Shown: one piece after another, positions 12,001-21,653 of the stretch
How the letters are laid out: each line of letters opens with the position of its first letter
Numbering within the stretch: position 1 is the first letter of the stretch
Assembly: GCA_031835245.2 (NCBI GenBank)
Contig: JAVKOQ020000071.1
Span: 124,001-188,000, forward strand
Length of the DNA stretch: 64,000 nucleotides
DNA from: Balamuthia mandrillaris
Lineage: Eukaryota
Direction of reading: 5' to 3'
The notes under the pieces: generated by a model
What the model was told of the DNA's origin: nothing
Seen by the model: the letters and a program-made list of their open reading frames with translations, nothing else
Database searches by the model: none
Made by a program: the position numbers and the translations under genes

Positions 12001-13813
12001 CTGAGAAAGAGGGTCACCAACCTGGTCGATGACTTTCACCGCAAGACGGCCCTCTTCCTGTGCCGCCGCTACGACCACATCATCATCCCTCCCTTTGGTG
12101 TGAAGGGCATTACGGCCACCCGAGGGAGGCGACGGAGGAAGATCGGCAAAAAGACCGCCAGGATGCTCTATTCCTGGGGACATTACCGATTCCGCCAGTG
12201 GTTGCTGCACAAGGCGAGGGAATGGGGCACCAAGGTCTACATTCGTTCGGAGGCCTGGACCAGCAAGACTTGCACCTGGTGCCTCCATGTGACTCACGAA
12301 CAGAAGCAACACAACCGGCGTGAGCGAATCTTCGAGTGCGGACGCAGGGACTGTGGGATACGACTGGATCGAGATATAAATGGAGCTCGCAACATACTCC
12401 TTAGGAGCCTCTGTTGCGGCGTTGCCCGATGGAGCCATATGGGGGCGTGCTGATGGGAAAGTGGATGGGCGCTTCTGTAGCCCTCTAGCCCACCCCATCA
12501 CCGCGTCTTCGCAAGAACTTTCATTTGTGAGTTTACTCACTTGTGTGATTTTTAATCCATCAGTACCTCCAAGAAACAGGCTTCGTCGACTCGGAGCTGG
12601 AGCTGTGGAGACAAACGGAGAGCCAGAACTATGTCATGGACATCGAGAAAGCCTTGGACCATACCTTTTCGGATGCCAAGCGAGTGGTCTCGCAGGGCCA
12701 GAAGAAAGGAGTGGTGAACCCTCCTCCCCATTTCTATGGAGAACTGGCCAGAACGGAGCCCGGCTGCTCCGTCTTGAGGGAATCCGGTCACATTCCCTCC
12801 ATGGTGCGGCGCCTGCAGAGCGGACAGGGCTCCTCCCTTTCTTCTCGCGCCATTCTTTGGGCATTGGTACTTGTCTTTCTTGCTATGTTGTCGTTTCTTT
12901 CTTACATTCTCATCTTCTTTGTCTGCTCGCATGAACACAAGGGACACATCGGCTCCTCAAAGACAGGGTTGAAGTTGTTGGAGGAGGAAAAGGCGGTAAA
13001 CTTGATGGTGAACCTTGCCGAAACGAGTCCTTGCCTTTCCATTCGTGGGTACGTCATTCACTTTCTACGAAAGCACTCGTTCAGGTTCTTGTGTGTTGTT
13101 AACACTATTGTTTTATTTTTTTAAAAAAACCAGCACGTGTTTCAATATAATGGGCCTTTTGACGAGAACGGAGGAAGGACGAGGCTTGTTGGCCGCTTTG
13201 GGGTGGGAGAGTCCCGCTTCCCTAAAGCCCAACGTTTGTGTGCCTCGCGACCCGCAAGCTAGCGGGTTCTTCAAGGTTTCTTCTCTTCTTCTTCTTCTTG
13301 TTCTTCTTGTTCTTCTTCTTCTTCTTCTACTTCTTCTTTCTTCCCTCTCCTCTGACAACACAACCACAAAAGCTTCAACAGTGCCAGTACCAAGGCTCAT
13401 GGCCACAAACAAACCCCAAAGTCCCTTCTCTCCTTCTCACTTCCAGCCCCCACAAGAGCAAGAACAAAGGACAAGAAGAAGAAGAAGGCGCAACCACCGA
13501 ACGAAGCAACGAGATCCAGGTGGCGGTGGCCAACCTCGTCAACTACATCACCTGCGACAAGGCTCTGGCAAGCTTGGAGCGCATCAAGGCCAACGATACC
13601 GGCGTTCTGAAGGATCCTCGGACGCGCAGCTTCATGCTGAACATGTTGGAGAGCTACAAGTATCGCTTGAAGCTGCGGCGCTTCATCTACAGTTTGATGG
13701 AAGAGGTGGATGAGGAGGGCGGCGGCGGAGGAGGCAAGTGGGATGGCGCCTTTTGTAAGGATTTACCTCCGGCTCAACCGCGTAGATTCACTTGGCTCGC
13801 AGCTAGAAAGTAG
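6071..13813 (+). CDS. RICTOR: Rictor / Pianissimo (TORC2 subunit), multi-exon, carrying two transposon-introns; start codon uncertain
   Basis: Rictor-type motifs: EERVEAFKLARAFI, KATVLLGEILHMSNQLLP, VLTTKDYTRWDWDVI, EYFTLLGTLS, RDDL...LDY, VRYMATRHMRVLLR, LVLRFLS...GLQYL, PPHFYGELARTEPGC, LWAL(G)HIGSS...G, SPCLSIRGTCF. Stop TAG at 13811-13813. Confidence 0.9.
9099..9541 (+). mobile_element. Non-autonomous 443-bp internal-deletion derivative of the IS607/Fanzor element, forming a phase-2 GT-AG intron in Rictor
   Basis: First ~107 bp match 10193ff and last 336 bp match 12228-12563 with one SNP (A9295 vs G12317). Ends are GCAG|GTAAGT ... CCATCAG|. Removal gives LLGTLS-S-YPAGNDVLKKAKVF...RDDLPFLILSCLDY in frame. 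Confidence 0.95.
10337..10359. repeat. Left arm of a perfect 23-bp internal inverted repeat (right arm 12346-12368)
   Basis: TCCAGTCGTATCCCACAGTCCCT is the exact reverse complement of AGGGACTGTGGGATACGACTGGA in the 3' end of the Fanzor CDS. Confidence 0.95.
10362..11009 (+). CDS. tnpA: IS607-family serine recombinase/transposase TnpA
   Basis: N-terminal MerR-like winged HTH (YGVSLSGLAKWHTEGKVAALRTPSGHRRY) ahead of the catalytic domain: AIYCRVSS (catalytic Ser codon about 10647), DISSGINWKR, VVAHRDRLCR, EDLLSLVTVF. HTH-first order is characteristic of IS607. Intronless. Confidence 0.95.
   Translation: MSQTTTIDATTTITPRLREPTEDLHYITPTKLIKRYGVSLSGLAKWHTEGKVAALRTPSGHRRYAAEHVRELLGLPAAVPEPEATEKIKAIYCRVSSHRQREHLKHQVERMREAYPRHKVYSDISSGINWKRKDFVALLERVLAGHVEEVVVAHRDRLCRIAYKLIEHIFRRCGTRLLVHRPDDEDDDEAEPSNVLAEDLLSLVTVFVCRHHGQR
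10468..12453 (+). CDS. tnpB: Fanzor2 / TnpB-like RNA-guided endonuclease; start may be ATG 10468, 10798 or 10924
   Basis: KTRKIRLRPTKEQARILNHWFGGARKVWN (TnpB N-terminal HTH), RuvC-I IVALDPGVRTF, IIIPPF at the canonical RuvC-II position with the relocated Glu in SEAWTSKTC, zinc finger CTWC...CGRRDC, RuvC-III LDRDINGARNI. Uninterrupted ORF. Confidence 0.93.
   Translation: MASPSAGWPSGTRRARWRPSAPQAGTAATRQSTLESFLASPPRSQNPRPPKRSRPSTVESPVTDNESTSSIKLSVCEKPTRGTRSTATSARASTGSARTLSPFWSESLLDMSRRLWLPTETASVGSPTSSSSTSSVGAEPVSWCTVRTTRTTMRLNQATSSPRTSSPSLPSLSVDTTVKDDIQLAKEAARARQRGQGKPKRATEEDPNDDEEEEEDPTLFKTRKIRLRPTKEQARILNHWFGGARKVWNTTLRDCKTTEKEEEEEKKRSRVAWKLSRMQGVCVVKPRIIFDYLEDVPYSIKHEAVKQLHGNYLTCWTLKKQGHIRRFSIKYKRKKDHRTESIKILGHYVHWWKGFIYPNELHVNERWKEANETRKRTPRRRRLPNPHVKHIDPMFDPVAYALEGLELDDKGRLRRTCTLHKDKRQHFWLCVPIPIQHHERAPDNQGSIVALDPGVRTFLCGYSPTERTVREFGRNDFGRIWRLGKHADALQSKIDRSPPSRRKRKLRALLKLRKRVTNLVDDFHRKTALFLCRRYDHIIIPPFGVKGITATRGRRRRKIGKKTARMLYSWGHYRFRQWLLHKAREWGTKVYIRSEAWTSKTCTWCLHVTHEQKQHNRRERIFECGRRDCGIRLDRDINGARNILLRSLCCGVARWSHMGAC
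12400..12583 (+). ncRNA. Predicted omegaRNA: scaffold in the element right end, guide from the flanking Rictor exon (TACCTCCAAGAAACAGGCTT); 5' boundary unknown
   Basis: Position follows known TnpB/Fanzor biology. Visible pairings: TGATGGG 12451-57 with CCCATCA 12494-500; GAAAGT 12457-62 with ACTTTC 12517-22; TCTT-cgc-AAGA; GTGAG-ttta-CTCAC. No expression data. Confidence 0.55.
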
Positions 13814-13953
13814 GCAAAAGAGAAGAAGGGAAGGGAAGAATAAAGTAGGCCTTGTAGGTTTTGTAGTCAGTATATTAGTTTCTTCTTCGAAGAAGGAAGA
13901 AGGAAGAAAAAGGAGAAAAAAGGGGTTCAAATTTTCTGGAAGTGGCTGCGGGT

Positions 13954-15169
13954 CTACTGTTTGGTGAGGTATCGTTGAAGGCTGTTGGCAAGAACGGAGC
14001 TGCGGAAGGAAAGACCTTTGGTCTTCTCTATTACTTGTTGATGTCTTTTTGTGTGTTTGTTTTATTGTTATTGTTAAAAAAATGAGAAAAAGAAAGTACG
14101 AGATTAAAAAAAAAAAGAAAGGAGTAGGTACACGCTGGGGTATTGGGAGCCCATGACAATCTGGTTGGAGGCAGAGTCGATCTTGGCATCGAGGCGGGCA
14201 TTACGAATCATGTTAACGATCCAACGCTCGGCAGCTTCTTGGTCCATGTTCAATTTCTCAGCCAACATTCTGGATTATTTTTCCACAGAAAGTCAGTTTG
14301 TGTAAATAACAAAAAAAACTGAACACGGACAAAGAAAGGAAAGCAGAAGTCATACCCAAGGTCAATGCGTTGATGAATGCGACAATAGGTCTCAAAGATC
14401 AGGAGACGTGCATTCTCAATAAACTCCGCCCTGCAAGACACCAAGAAAAAGTCATTCAGGAGGACGTCCTCGCACTGACGCAACTTTTGCTGAGCACCAT
14501 CAAAGTCGAATTTCACATAGAGATCCTCCACAAACTCCGTGATGGGATCTTTGTAGGTGTAGCTCTCCTGTTGGATGACATCGACGAGCTCCTTTAACAC
14601 GCCGCGCTTCCTTCGGTTGGTGATAACGGCAGTGGTGAGGTAGCGCAGAACGTGGGGGCAAGTCATCTGGATGGTATTAAGATACTTCTCGTTGAAGAAG
14701 AGGTCGATGATGCCGGTTCGTCCATTAGCAGAGTTGAAGAAGACAAAGAGACTCCAGTGCAGCAGCCAAGTGCGTTGTTGCAATCGCATCAGTGGAGATT
14801 TGAAGGTCTAGTTTATTTTGGGAGATAAGAATTTGTCGTATCGCAAAAGAAGAAGATAAAGCAGAGATTTTAAGACTATACCTTTGTTTCAATAGCTTCC
14901 TTCAAAACTTTGAGGTCCTCGTTGGCCTCATTCCAGTTTTGTTTGAGGATCTCAGCAGCCAGCTTACCCCAAAGAGCGCTAAAGTTCTTCTCGGGATCGG
15001 AGCTGAGACTCCTGAAATGGGACAAGTAGAGTGCTGCTCCGGAGTAGTTACCGCACTCGTATTGGAACTTGGCGTGGTCGTAGAGAGCTTCCAAAGCATT
15101 CGCTTGTATCTGTTCGAAATAAGGGTAATTGATTTTTTAGCACTGGAGCGAACGGAGGAAAGAAGATAG

Positions 15170-15221
<52 letters not shown>

Positions 15222-15906
15222 CGAAAGAAAAGCATGGAGAGAAGAGGAAGTAAAGAGAAGCAAAGAAACAGAGAAGAGCGAAAGAATTGAGGGAAAAAAA
15301 GGGTGCAAATACGTTATATTGTTTCTGGAGGTAACTCCAGTTGAAGAGCTTTTCCTCTTGAAGGCGTTGCACGAGGGCGGCATCGTCCAAAAGGTTTCGG
15401 AGAGGAGCGCACTTGGCATCCAACTCTCTCAAACGAGCAACAACGGTTTCTCTTTTCTTCTTCATTTCTGTTGTACGTTTATCATTATTTTTGGGGATTT
15501 GCGAATGAGCAAAAAGGACAGCAAAACAAAAAGAGAGGAGAAGGGAGAGAACCTTGTGGCGGCTCTGTTTGGTGCAACTTTTGGTAAATGTCCATCGCAA
15601 AGTCAACCATGTTTGTGTTGGAGAGAAGTTGGAGCTGTCCAGCGAACAAGTCTTGCTCAGAGTAGACCTAACATGAAAAATTAAATAAATGAATAAAATA
15701 CAAGCGAATCTATCTTAACACCACACTACACAAATTGTTTTTTAAAAAACACACAAATCTGTGAAGAAAGAGACGACACTGACGAAGAAGCATAAGGAAG
15801 GAAGGAAAAAGATCACCTGCTTCGCTTTCAAAAATTCCAACAAGGGGAAAACCAAGTGACGGTCCAGATGAGCACCAATCGTTTGCGTAAGGTCGTATTG
15901 CGCCAT
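13954..15906 (-). CDS. EIF3E: Eukaryotic translation initiation factor 3 subunit E (INT6)
   Basis: [99 protein letters not shown]. Stop at 13954-13956. Confidence 0.97.
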
Positions 15907-16119
15907 TTTATGAGAGCTCTTCAAAAAAAAAATTATTGAAAACAAAAAGTTGATGACGGAGAAAGACCACACCAGCTGCCGAGAGAAGAAAAACGATCCA
16001 AACAGAAGATCAGTGAGCGCCCCCCTTTTTTTTCTTTCTTTTCCTTCTTCTTTCCTCTATTTTTTTATTTCTTTTTTTTGAGGACAATATTTGCACGAGG
16101 GGCATTATTGTCTACAATA

Positions 16120-16205
16120 AATATGACGTGGAAATTCTGTGGACGTTTCAGGACGTCACGAAAATTCCAGCTTGGGATGACATCAGCAAGTTTTCCCGCC
16201 AAAAA
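16120..16205. promoter_or_regulatory. Candidate bidirectional promoter elements between eIF3e and Miro (TGACGT-type boxes, E2F-like TTTCCCGC)
   Basis: ATGACGTGG at 16123, GACGTCAC near 16152 and TTTCCCGC at 16192 within a 540-bp divergent intergenic region. ATGACGTGG recurs at 37621 next to CCAAT. Confidence 0.3.
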
Positions 16206-16445
16206 GGGCCCATCGCTTTAGTGGCAAAAAAAAAAAAACAAGGGGGACGTAAAGCGAGGAGAGAGCTCGGTGGATAGCGGTCGACCTTCGCCTTCTAGCT
16301 GTGAACCAGATCTTTTTTTTTTTGTGCTTTGCTGCCTGCTTGCCTTTGGGAAAGCGAACCTTTTTTTAATTTGTCTCGCGCAACATCAGATATCTTTTTT
16401 TTTTAGAAAAAAAAGGGGAGGGGTGTACCGCTGCTCTGCTTCGCT

Positions 16446-18691
16446 ATGAAGTCACAAGTGACTATCGTTCTTGTGGGTGACGGTACGGGTTTTTTTTTTG
16501 GGTTTGTTTTACCGATTTTTCGTTTTGTGAGCTGATGTGTTCTGGATCGTGATCCTGCAGAGGGTTCCGGAAAGACTTCCCTCATTTCTACGTTGTTATC
16601 GGAAAGCTTTCAGGAAGGAGTACTGTATCACCTCATCTTTATGCTCTCTTTTTTTGTTTTTAGACTTATCGGAAGGCCTCTCCCTCTCTTCTCCTCTTTG
16701 CAAACGAAAGTTGCCCCGAGTCATTCCTCAAGTGACCATACCGCCAACAGCTTCTCCTGAGAAAGTTGCCACTCACATTGTAGACACTCCATGTTCGTCT
16801 CTCTCTCTCTCTCTCTCTTTCTTGTATGCTGATACAAAAAAATCAAAAGCTCATCCCGCAGGAAAAGAAGTGCTAAAGCAAGCGGTGCAAGCGGCAGATA
16901 TCATATGTCTCGTTTATGACGTGCAAAGACAGGAAGAGGCCATGGAGGGCATGCGTAGCCGTTGGTTGCCCGCTCTGCGTGACATGCTGGCCCAGAGCAG
17001 CACTACCACGGCTCCTAGACCAAGGGTGGATACCTCTTTCTTCTTGTTCTTCTTGTTCTTCTTCTTCTTCTTCTTCTTCTTCTTCTTCTTCTTCTTCTTC
17101 TTCTTCTTCTTCTTCTTCTTCTTCTTCTTCTTCTTCTTCTGCTTCTTCTGCTTCTTCCTTCTATCCTCCTTCTTCCTTCCCCCTTTGCCTCTTTGTCATC
17201 TCACGTCCTATTCTCTATCTCTTATGTTTCTTTCAGACACCGATAATGTTGGTCGGCAACAAGATAGACTTGAGAGGACAGATGGTGCAAAACTTGGAGT
17301 TGGAGCGACAAATGACGCCTCTTATGGAGGAGTTTAAGGAAGTGGAGATGTGCATCGAATGCTCTGCCAAAGCCAACTTGAACATCAACGAAACGTTTTA
17401 CTTTGCCACACAATTGGTTCTCTATCCTACTGCTCCTGTTTATGACTCCACCAACAAGGTAAGGAAAACTCCTCGTCTTGCTTCTGCTCTGCTTCTCTTC
17501 CTCCATTTCTTTAGACCCTAGACCCTAAGAATCATTACCGTATTATCAGAGGATGAAGGACGAATGTGTGGCTGCCCTTAGGCGTATATTTAAGCTCAGC
17601 GACAAGGACAAAGACGGTGTACTCAACGACCTCGAGTTGAACCAATTCCAAGCTCGTTGTTTCGGAGCACCTTTGCAGCCGGAAGAGTTGGAAGGAGTGA
17701 AAAATGTGGTTCGGGAGAATATCGGCGATGGGATTACTTCGGATGGCTTGACTTGTGTTGGATTTCTCTTTCTTCAGCACTTCTTCATCCAACAAGGATT
17801 GTTGGGCACAACATGGTATTCTTTCTTATTGTTCTTCTTTCTCTCTACCTCTTATAACTTTGCATGGGTTAATAACAAACAGGACTGTACTTCGCACATT
17901 CGGCTATGATAATTCGCTTTCTCTTCGGTCTTCGTTTCTTTCTCCAGAGTAACTTCTTCTGTTTCTTCTTCTGTTTCTTCTTGTTCTTGTTCTTGTTTAA
18001 CAAAAAAAAAAAGAGTTCCCTGGAGCGAAGATGAGACGTGCATGTTGACTCACAAAGGCTACACGTTCTTTGCCAACATGTTTGAGCGCAGCGATCTGGA
18101 CAAGGATGGGGCGTTGAACAAGGCGGAGCTGAAGGACGTCTTCGCCACGTGCCCCAACAGCGCAATGCCTTCTCAATGGGCTGCTAACCACTTTCCAACG
18201 GAGACCACACACACCGATAGCAACGGAAATGTCACTCTTCAAGGCTGGTTGGCTCAATGGAGGTAAGCTCCTTCTCCTTCTCCCCCTCTTCCTCTCTTCT
18301 GATCCGTGGTGTTTTTCTTCAAGTATGACAACTTTGTTGGACTTTCGGACTACGTTACGATACTTGGCGTTGATGGGTTATGAGGACGACCTCATTCATG
18401 CGGTATGCCCCGTTGCTCATGCATCCTCCTTGCAGCACGATTGTCCTCGTACCCTGCGTGGCTTGGTCCTTGGTGCTCCGAGTTCTGGAAAGGTCTCATA
18501 CTCTTCCTCTCTCCTTTCTCCTTTTCTTCTCCTTATTATCGTTATGCTTTTACCAAAGTCTACATTCTTGGAGCGGTATCTGGGCAAGAGTTGCACCACA
18601 GCAACGCCGCAAGTGGCCAAGATGGTCGTGAATCAAGTTGATGGAAACCAAGTTCCTTCAAGCAGCAGCATTTATTTAGTGGTACTTCGCC

Positions 18692-18738
<47 letters not shown>

Positions 18739-19390
18739 GATATTAGTTGCCAAAACTCTTTAAAACACGCAAAAAGTTGGAAGAAGTCAACAACGCAGAC
18801 GAGGAACAGGCAGCATTAGAAAGGTTAAAACAACAAAACACTGGTAAACTCGGCCAGCAACATCACTACGACGTGGTCTGCTTCTTCTTTAACGGCAGCG
18901 GCAGCATAAAGAGGAGTGGAGACGATCCATCACAGCCACAAACGCTATTTGCTCTTCATCAACGCGTACTAGCAGGTTGCGCTGCCGCTGCCATTCCTTG
19001 CCTTCACTTTATCACCGATGTCTCTTCTTCGCCATCAAGCTCAGGAGAAGAAATAAGAAGCCGCTTTGAAGAGAGGCAGCTGCGTTATCTTCCTCCTCCT
19101 ATTCCTTTATCCTTGAGGCATGATTCTTTAGATCAAGTATTTCTTCAAGTTGCCAACGAAGCTCTCAACAGGTATCTCTCTTTTTCTTATTCTTTCTTAT
19201 TCTTTCTTATTCTTCATTCGAATAACTTTTTGTTATAAAAACCAATAGAAAAACTTCCGTGTATGTACCAAAAGCAGCAAGCAGTTTGCGGTGGGGCGTG
19301 ATAGCTGCTGGTGGAGTGGTCGTGGCGGCCATTGTTGCAGCTGCCTATGCTTGGCGTTCTCATTCTGCTTCTCCCAAATCTTCTTCTTGA
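16446..19390 (+). CDS. RHOT1: Mitochondrial Rho GTPase Miro/Gem1
   Basis: GTPase 1 (IVLVGD.GSGKTSLI; PIMLVGNKIDLR; EVEMCIECSAK), EF-hands (ALRRIFKLSDKDKDGVLNDLELNQFQARCF; DLDKDGALNKAEL), TLQGWLAQW, degenerate GTPase 2 (VLGAPSSGKST), C-terminal TM anchor (WGVIAAGGVVVAAIVAAAYAW). Stop at 19388-19390. Confidence 0.93.
17038..17159 (+). repeat. (TTC)n trinucleotide microsatellite in a Miro intron
   Basis: Near-perfect TTC run; explains spurious poly-F and poly-S ORFs. Confidence 0.95.
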
Positions 19391-19442
<52 letters not shown>

Positions 19443-19541
19443 TCTCCTTTCTTTCTTGTTCTACTTTGGAAGAAGAACAAAGCACAAGAAACAAATAAAG
19501 AGTTACGTACAAAAATGAAGCGGTTTTTTATAATCTTTTGT

Positions 19542-20479
19542 TCAAAAGTTTTCCTTGTGATAGTAAAACTTGGTGGAGCTCTTCTTTGTGTACTTGCGGC
19601 AGGACTTATATAACATTTTCGACATAACGCGAGGTCCACAGAAGAACACACCAATACCTATTTTGCATAACAAAAAGAAGTTGTTAATAAGAAGGAAAAA
19701 GAAGAGAGAGAGAGAGAGAAGATGAAGGTAAGAGTAGACCAAAAAGAAAAAAAGAAAAAAAAAAGAAAAAGAGGATAAGTTACGATCGTTAGGATGGTTT
19801 TGAGTCTTGTCCTCAAAGATGGCGTTGAGGTCGGGACGACCGTAATGCGTTCCGGCCATAAGGCCGGTAAAAGGATCCCTGCCGTCGTCCTCTTCCTCCT
19901 CCTCCTCGGCAATCAACTCCTTGGCAGCCTTTGTGTTCCGCACTGAAGTGAGGTAGGCGTGGATCTCCAAAAAGTTGTTGATGTTCTCCGCTTCCAAAGC
20001 TACAGGATACAAGGAACCAAAGTTAGTAAATGATGGAGAAAAGAGAACGAGAGAAGCAGAAAACGAGAGGGGAGAGGAAAAACAGGCAATAAGGGAAACA
20101 TACCGCTCAGCAGCTCGAAAAACCATTCAAAAGCATTCTTATCCCTCGTGACCCAGTAAAAATACACTTTAGTAATGGGCATGTCCACCGACCCAGTCTC
20201 CAGCTGTGCTTCAATGCGATAGCGGATGGTCTTGAGGATAGAGGCGAAGGGAGTTACTCCGATGCCAGCAGCGAAGAGCATCACGGTCTGGAACTTGAAG
20301 ATGTCCTCGGAGGCCGCTCCGAAGGGGCCGTCAATGCGTAGGATAGGATCGCCGTTGACGGCGGTAAGCATGTTCTCGCAAACAACTCCCAGTTGTTTTT
20401 CCGGATTGAGCAACTTGGCCAACTTTCCTGTCCAATCTCCCACCACCTATTTGTTGTGTTTAGAAAGAGAAAGCAGAAA

Positions 20480-20519
<40 letters not shown>

Positions 20520-21490
20520 TACTCGAATGTGAACGCTGACGAAATCTTCCTCTGGAGCAGAGCTGATAGTGAAAGGATGCCACTCGTGCGGTGCAATGTA
20601 TGGACAGTTGAGGAAGAGGTATTGGCCTGGCTTGTACCTGAACTTGGATTTCTTCATTTGGAGCTCTATTACTTTGGATGGATGTTGAATGGCCTGTTTA
20701 TCATAATATTAGATAACATTTTAGAGAGAAGAAGCCAGAAACCGCTAGGTACCATCAAAAGAACGGTAGATTGATGACCACGCAAGATCCGGACCATCCT
20801 TTCTACGAGATACGCAACAGCAGGACCAAGCACCCAAGCCCAAAAGGTGGGTGGCTCGAGGATCTCACCGGCGCCATGAGCGCACAACAAACCGTAGAAT
20901 ATGATGAACAGGTGGTGAGTGAACCAGAAGGCCTCAAAGTTCGGCCTTCTCACACTCTCCACCGCTGACGAGTACATCAAAATCATGCAAAAGACCACAA
21001 TATGTCCTGAAAAACAGAGAGGTAAGATGACAATGAGAGAGAGAGAGAGAGAGAGAGAACAGAACAAACCTGTAATGCCAGCAATGGTAGTCCAGGCAAA
21101 GTCCCAGGTGGTGGGCATTTCGCCATCAGGTTCGAGGTCGCTGTACCATGCCGTCAGGTCTCCGCGCGACTCGGGATCTTCGATATCCCAATGCTCCAAC
21201 GTGTTGAAGTTCATGTAATGCGATGTACTTGAGAAAGGCATTAGTACATCGAAGAAGAAGAAAGAAGAACGAAGATGGAGAAAGACAGAAGAAACGGAGA
21301 AGAGAGAAGCAATACATGTGGACTGCTGACAAAAAGGCGATGAACCAAGCTATGTTCTTGTGGAAGACGATAGCTTTGTCAACCGGAAGATACGTCCCAA
21401 TCCATGTACCCCTTATCCTGTTGTTTCGTTATTGTTATTTTTTTTATTTTAACAGAAAGCAAAGAGAGAGAGAAGAAGAAGAGAGGAGAG

Positions 21491-21570
<80 letters not shown>

Positions 21571-21620
21571 AGGGAGGAAGAGAGGAAGAGAGGAGAGAGA
21601 GACGAAGGGAGGAAGAGAAG

Positions 21621-21653
<33 letters not shown>

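Larger units (their letters stand above)
10193..12563 (+). mobile_element. Full-length 2371-bp IS607-family element (TnpA serine recombinase + Fanzor2/TnpB), forming a phase-0 GT-AG intron in Rictor
   Basis: Boundaries defined by identity with the two shorter copies. No terminal inverted repeats; AG (CAG) present at both junctions. Removal gives LVLRFLSREQGLQ|YLQETGFVDSELELWRQ in frame. Confidence 0.95.

Noticed and set aside
10365..12540. Long antisense ORFs over tnpA and Fanzor (10365-11024, 10972-11637, 11671-12540)
   Set aside because: No recognisable motifs; expected shadows of GC-rich coding sequence.
10193..12563. Element as a self-splicing group I/II intron or a TIR/TSD DNA transposon
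   Set aside because: No group I core or group II domain V recognised, and no reverse transcriptase. Ends are GT-AG, the 165-bp copy is too small for a ribozyme, and the termini are not inverted repeats.
6071..13813. Rictor as a transposon-disrupted pseudogene
   Set aside because: Both insertions splice out in frame, and the flanking exons I checked show no stops or frameshifts.
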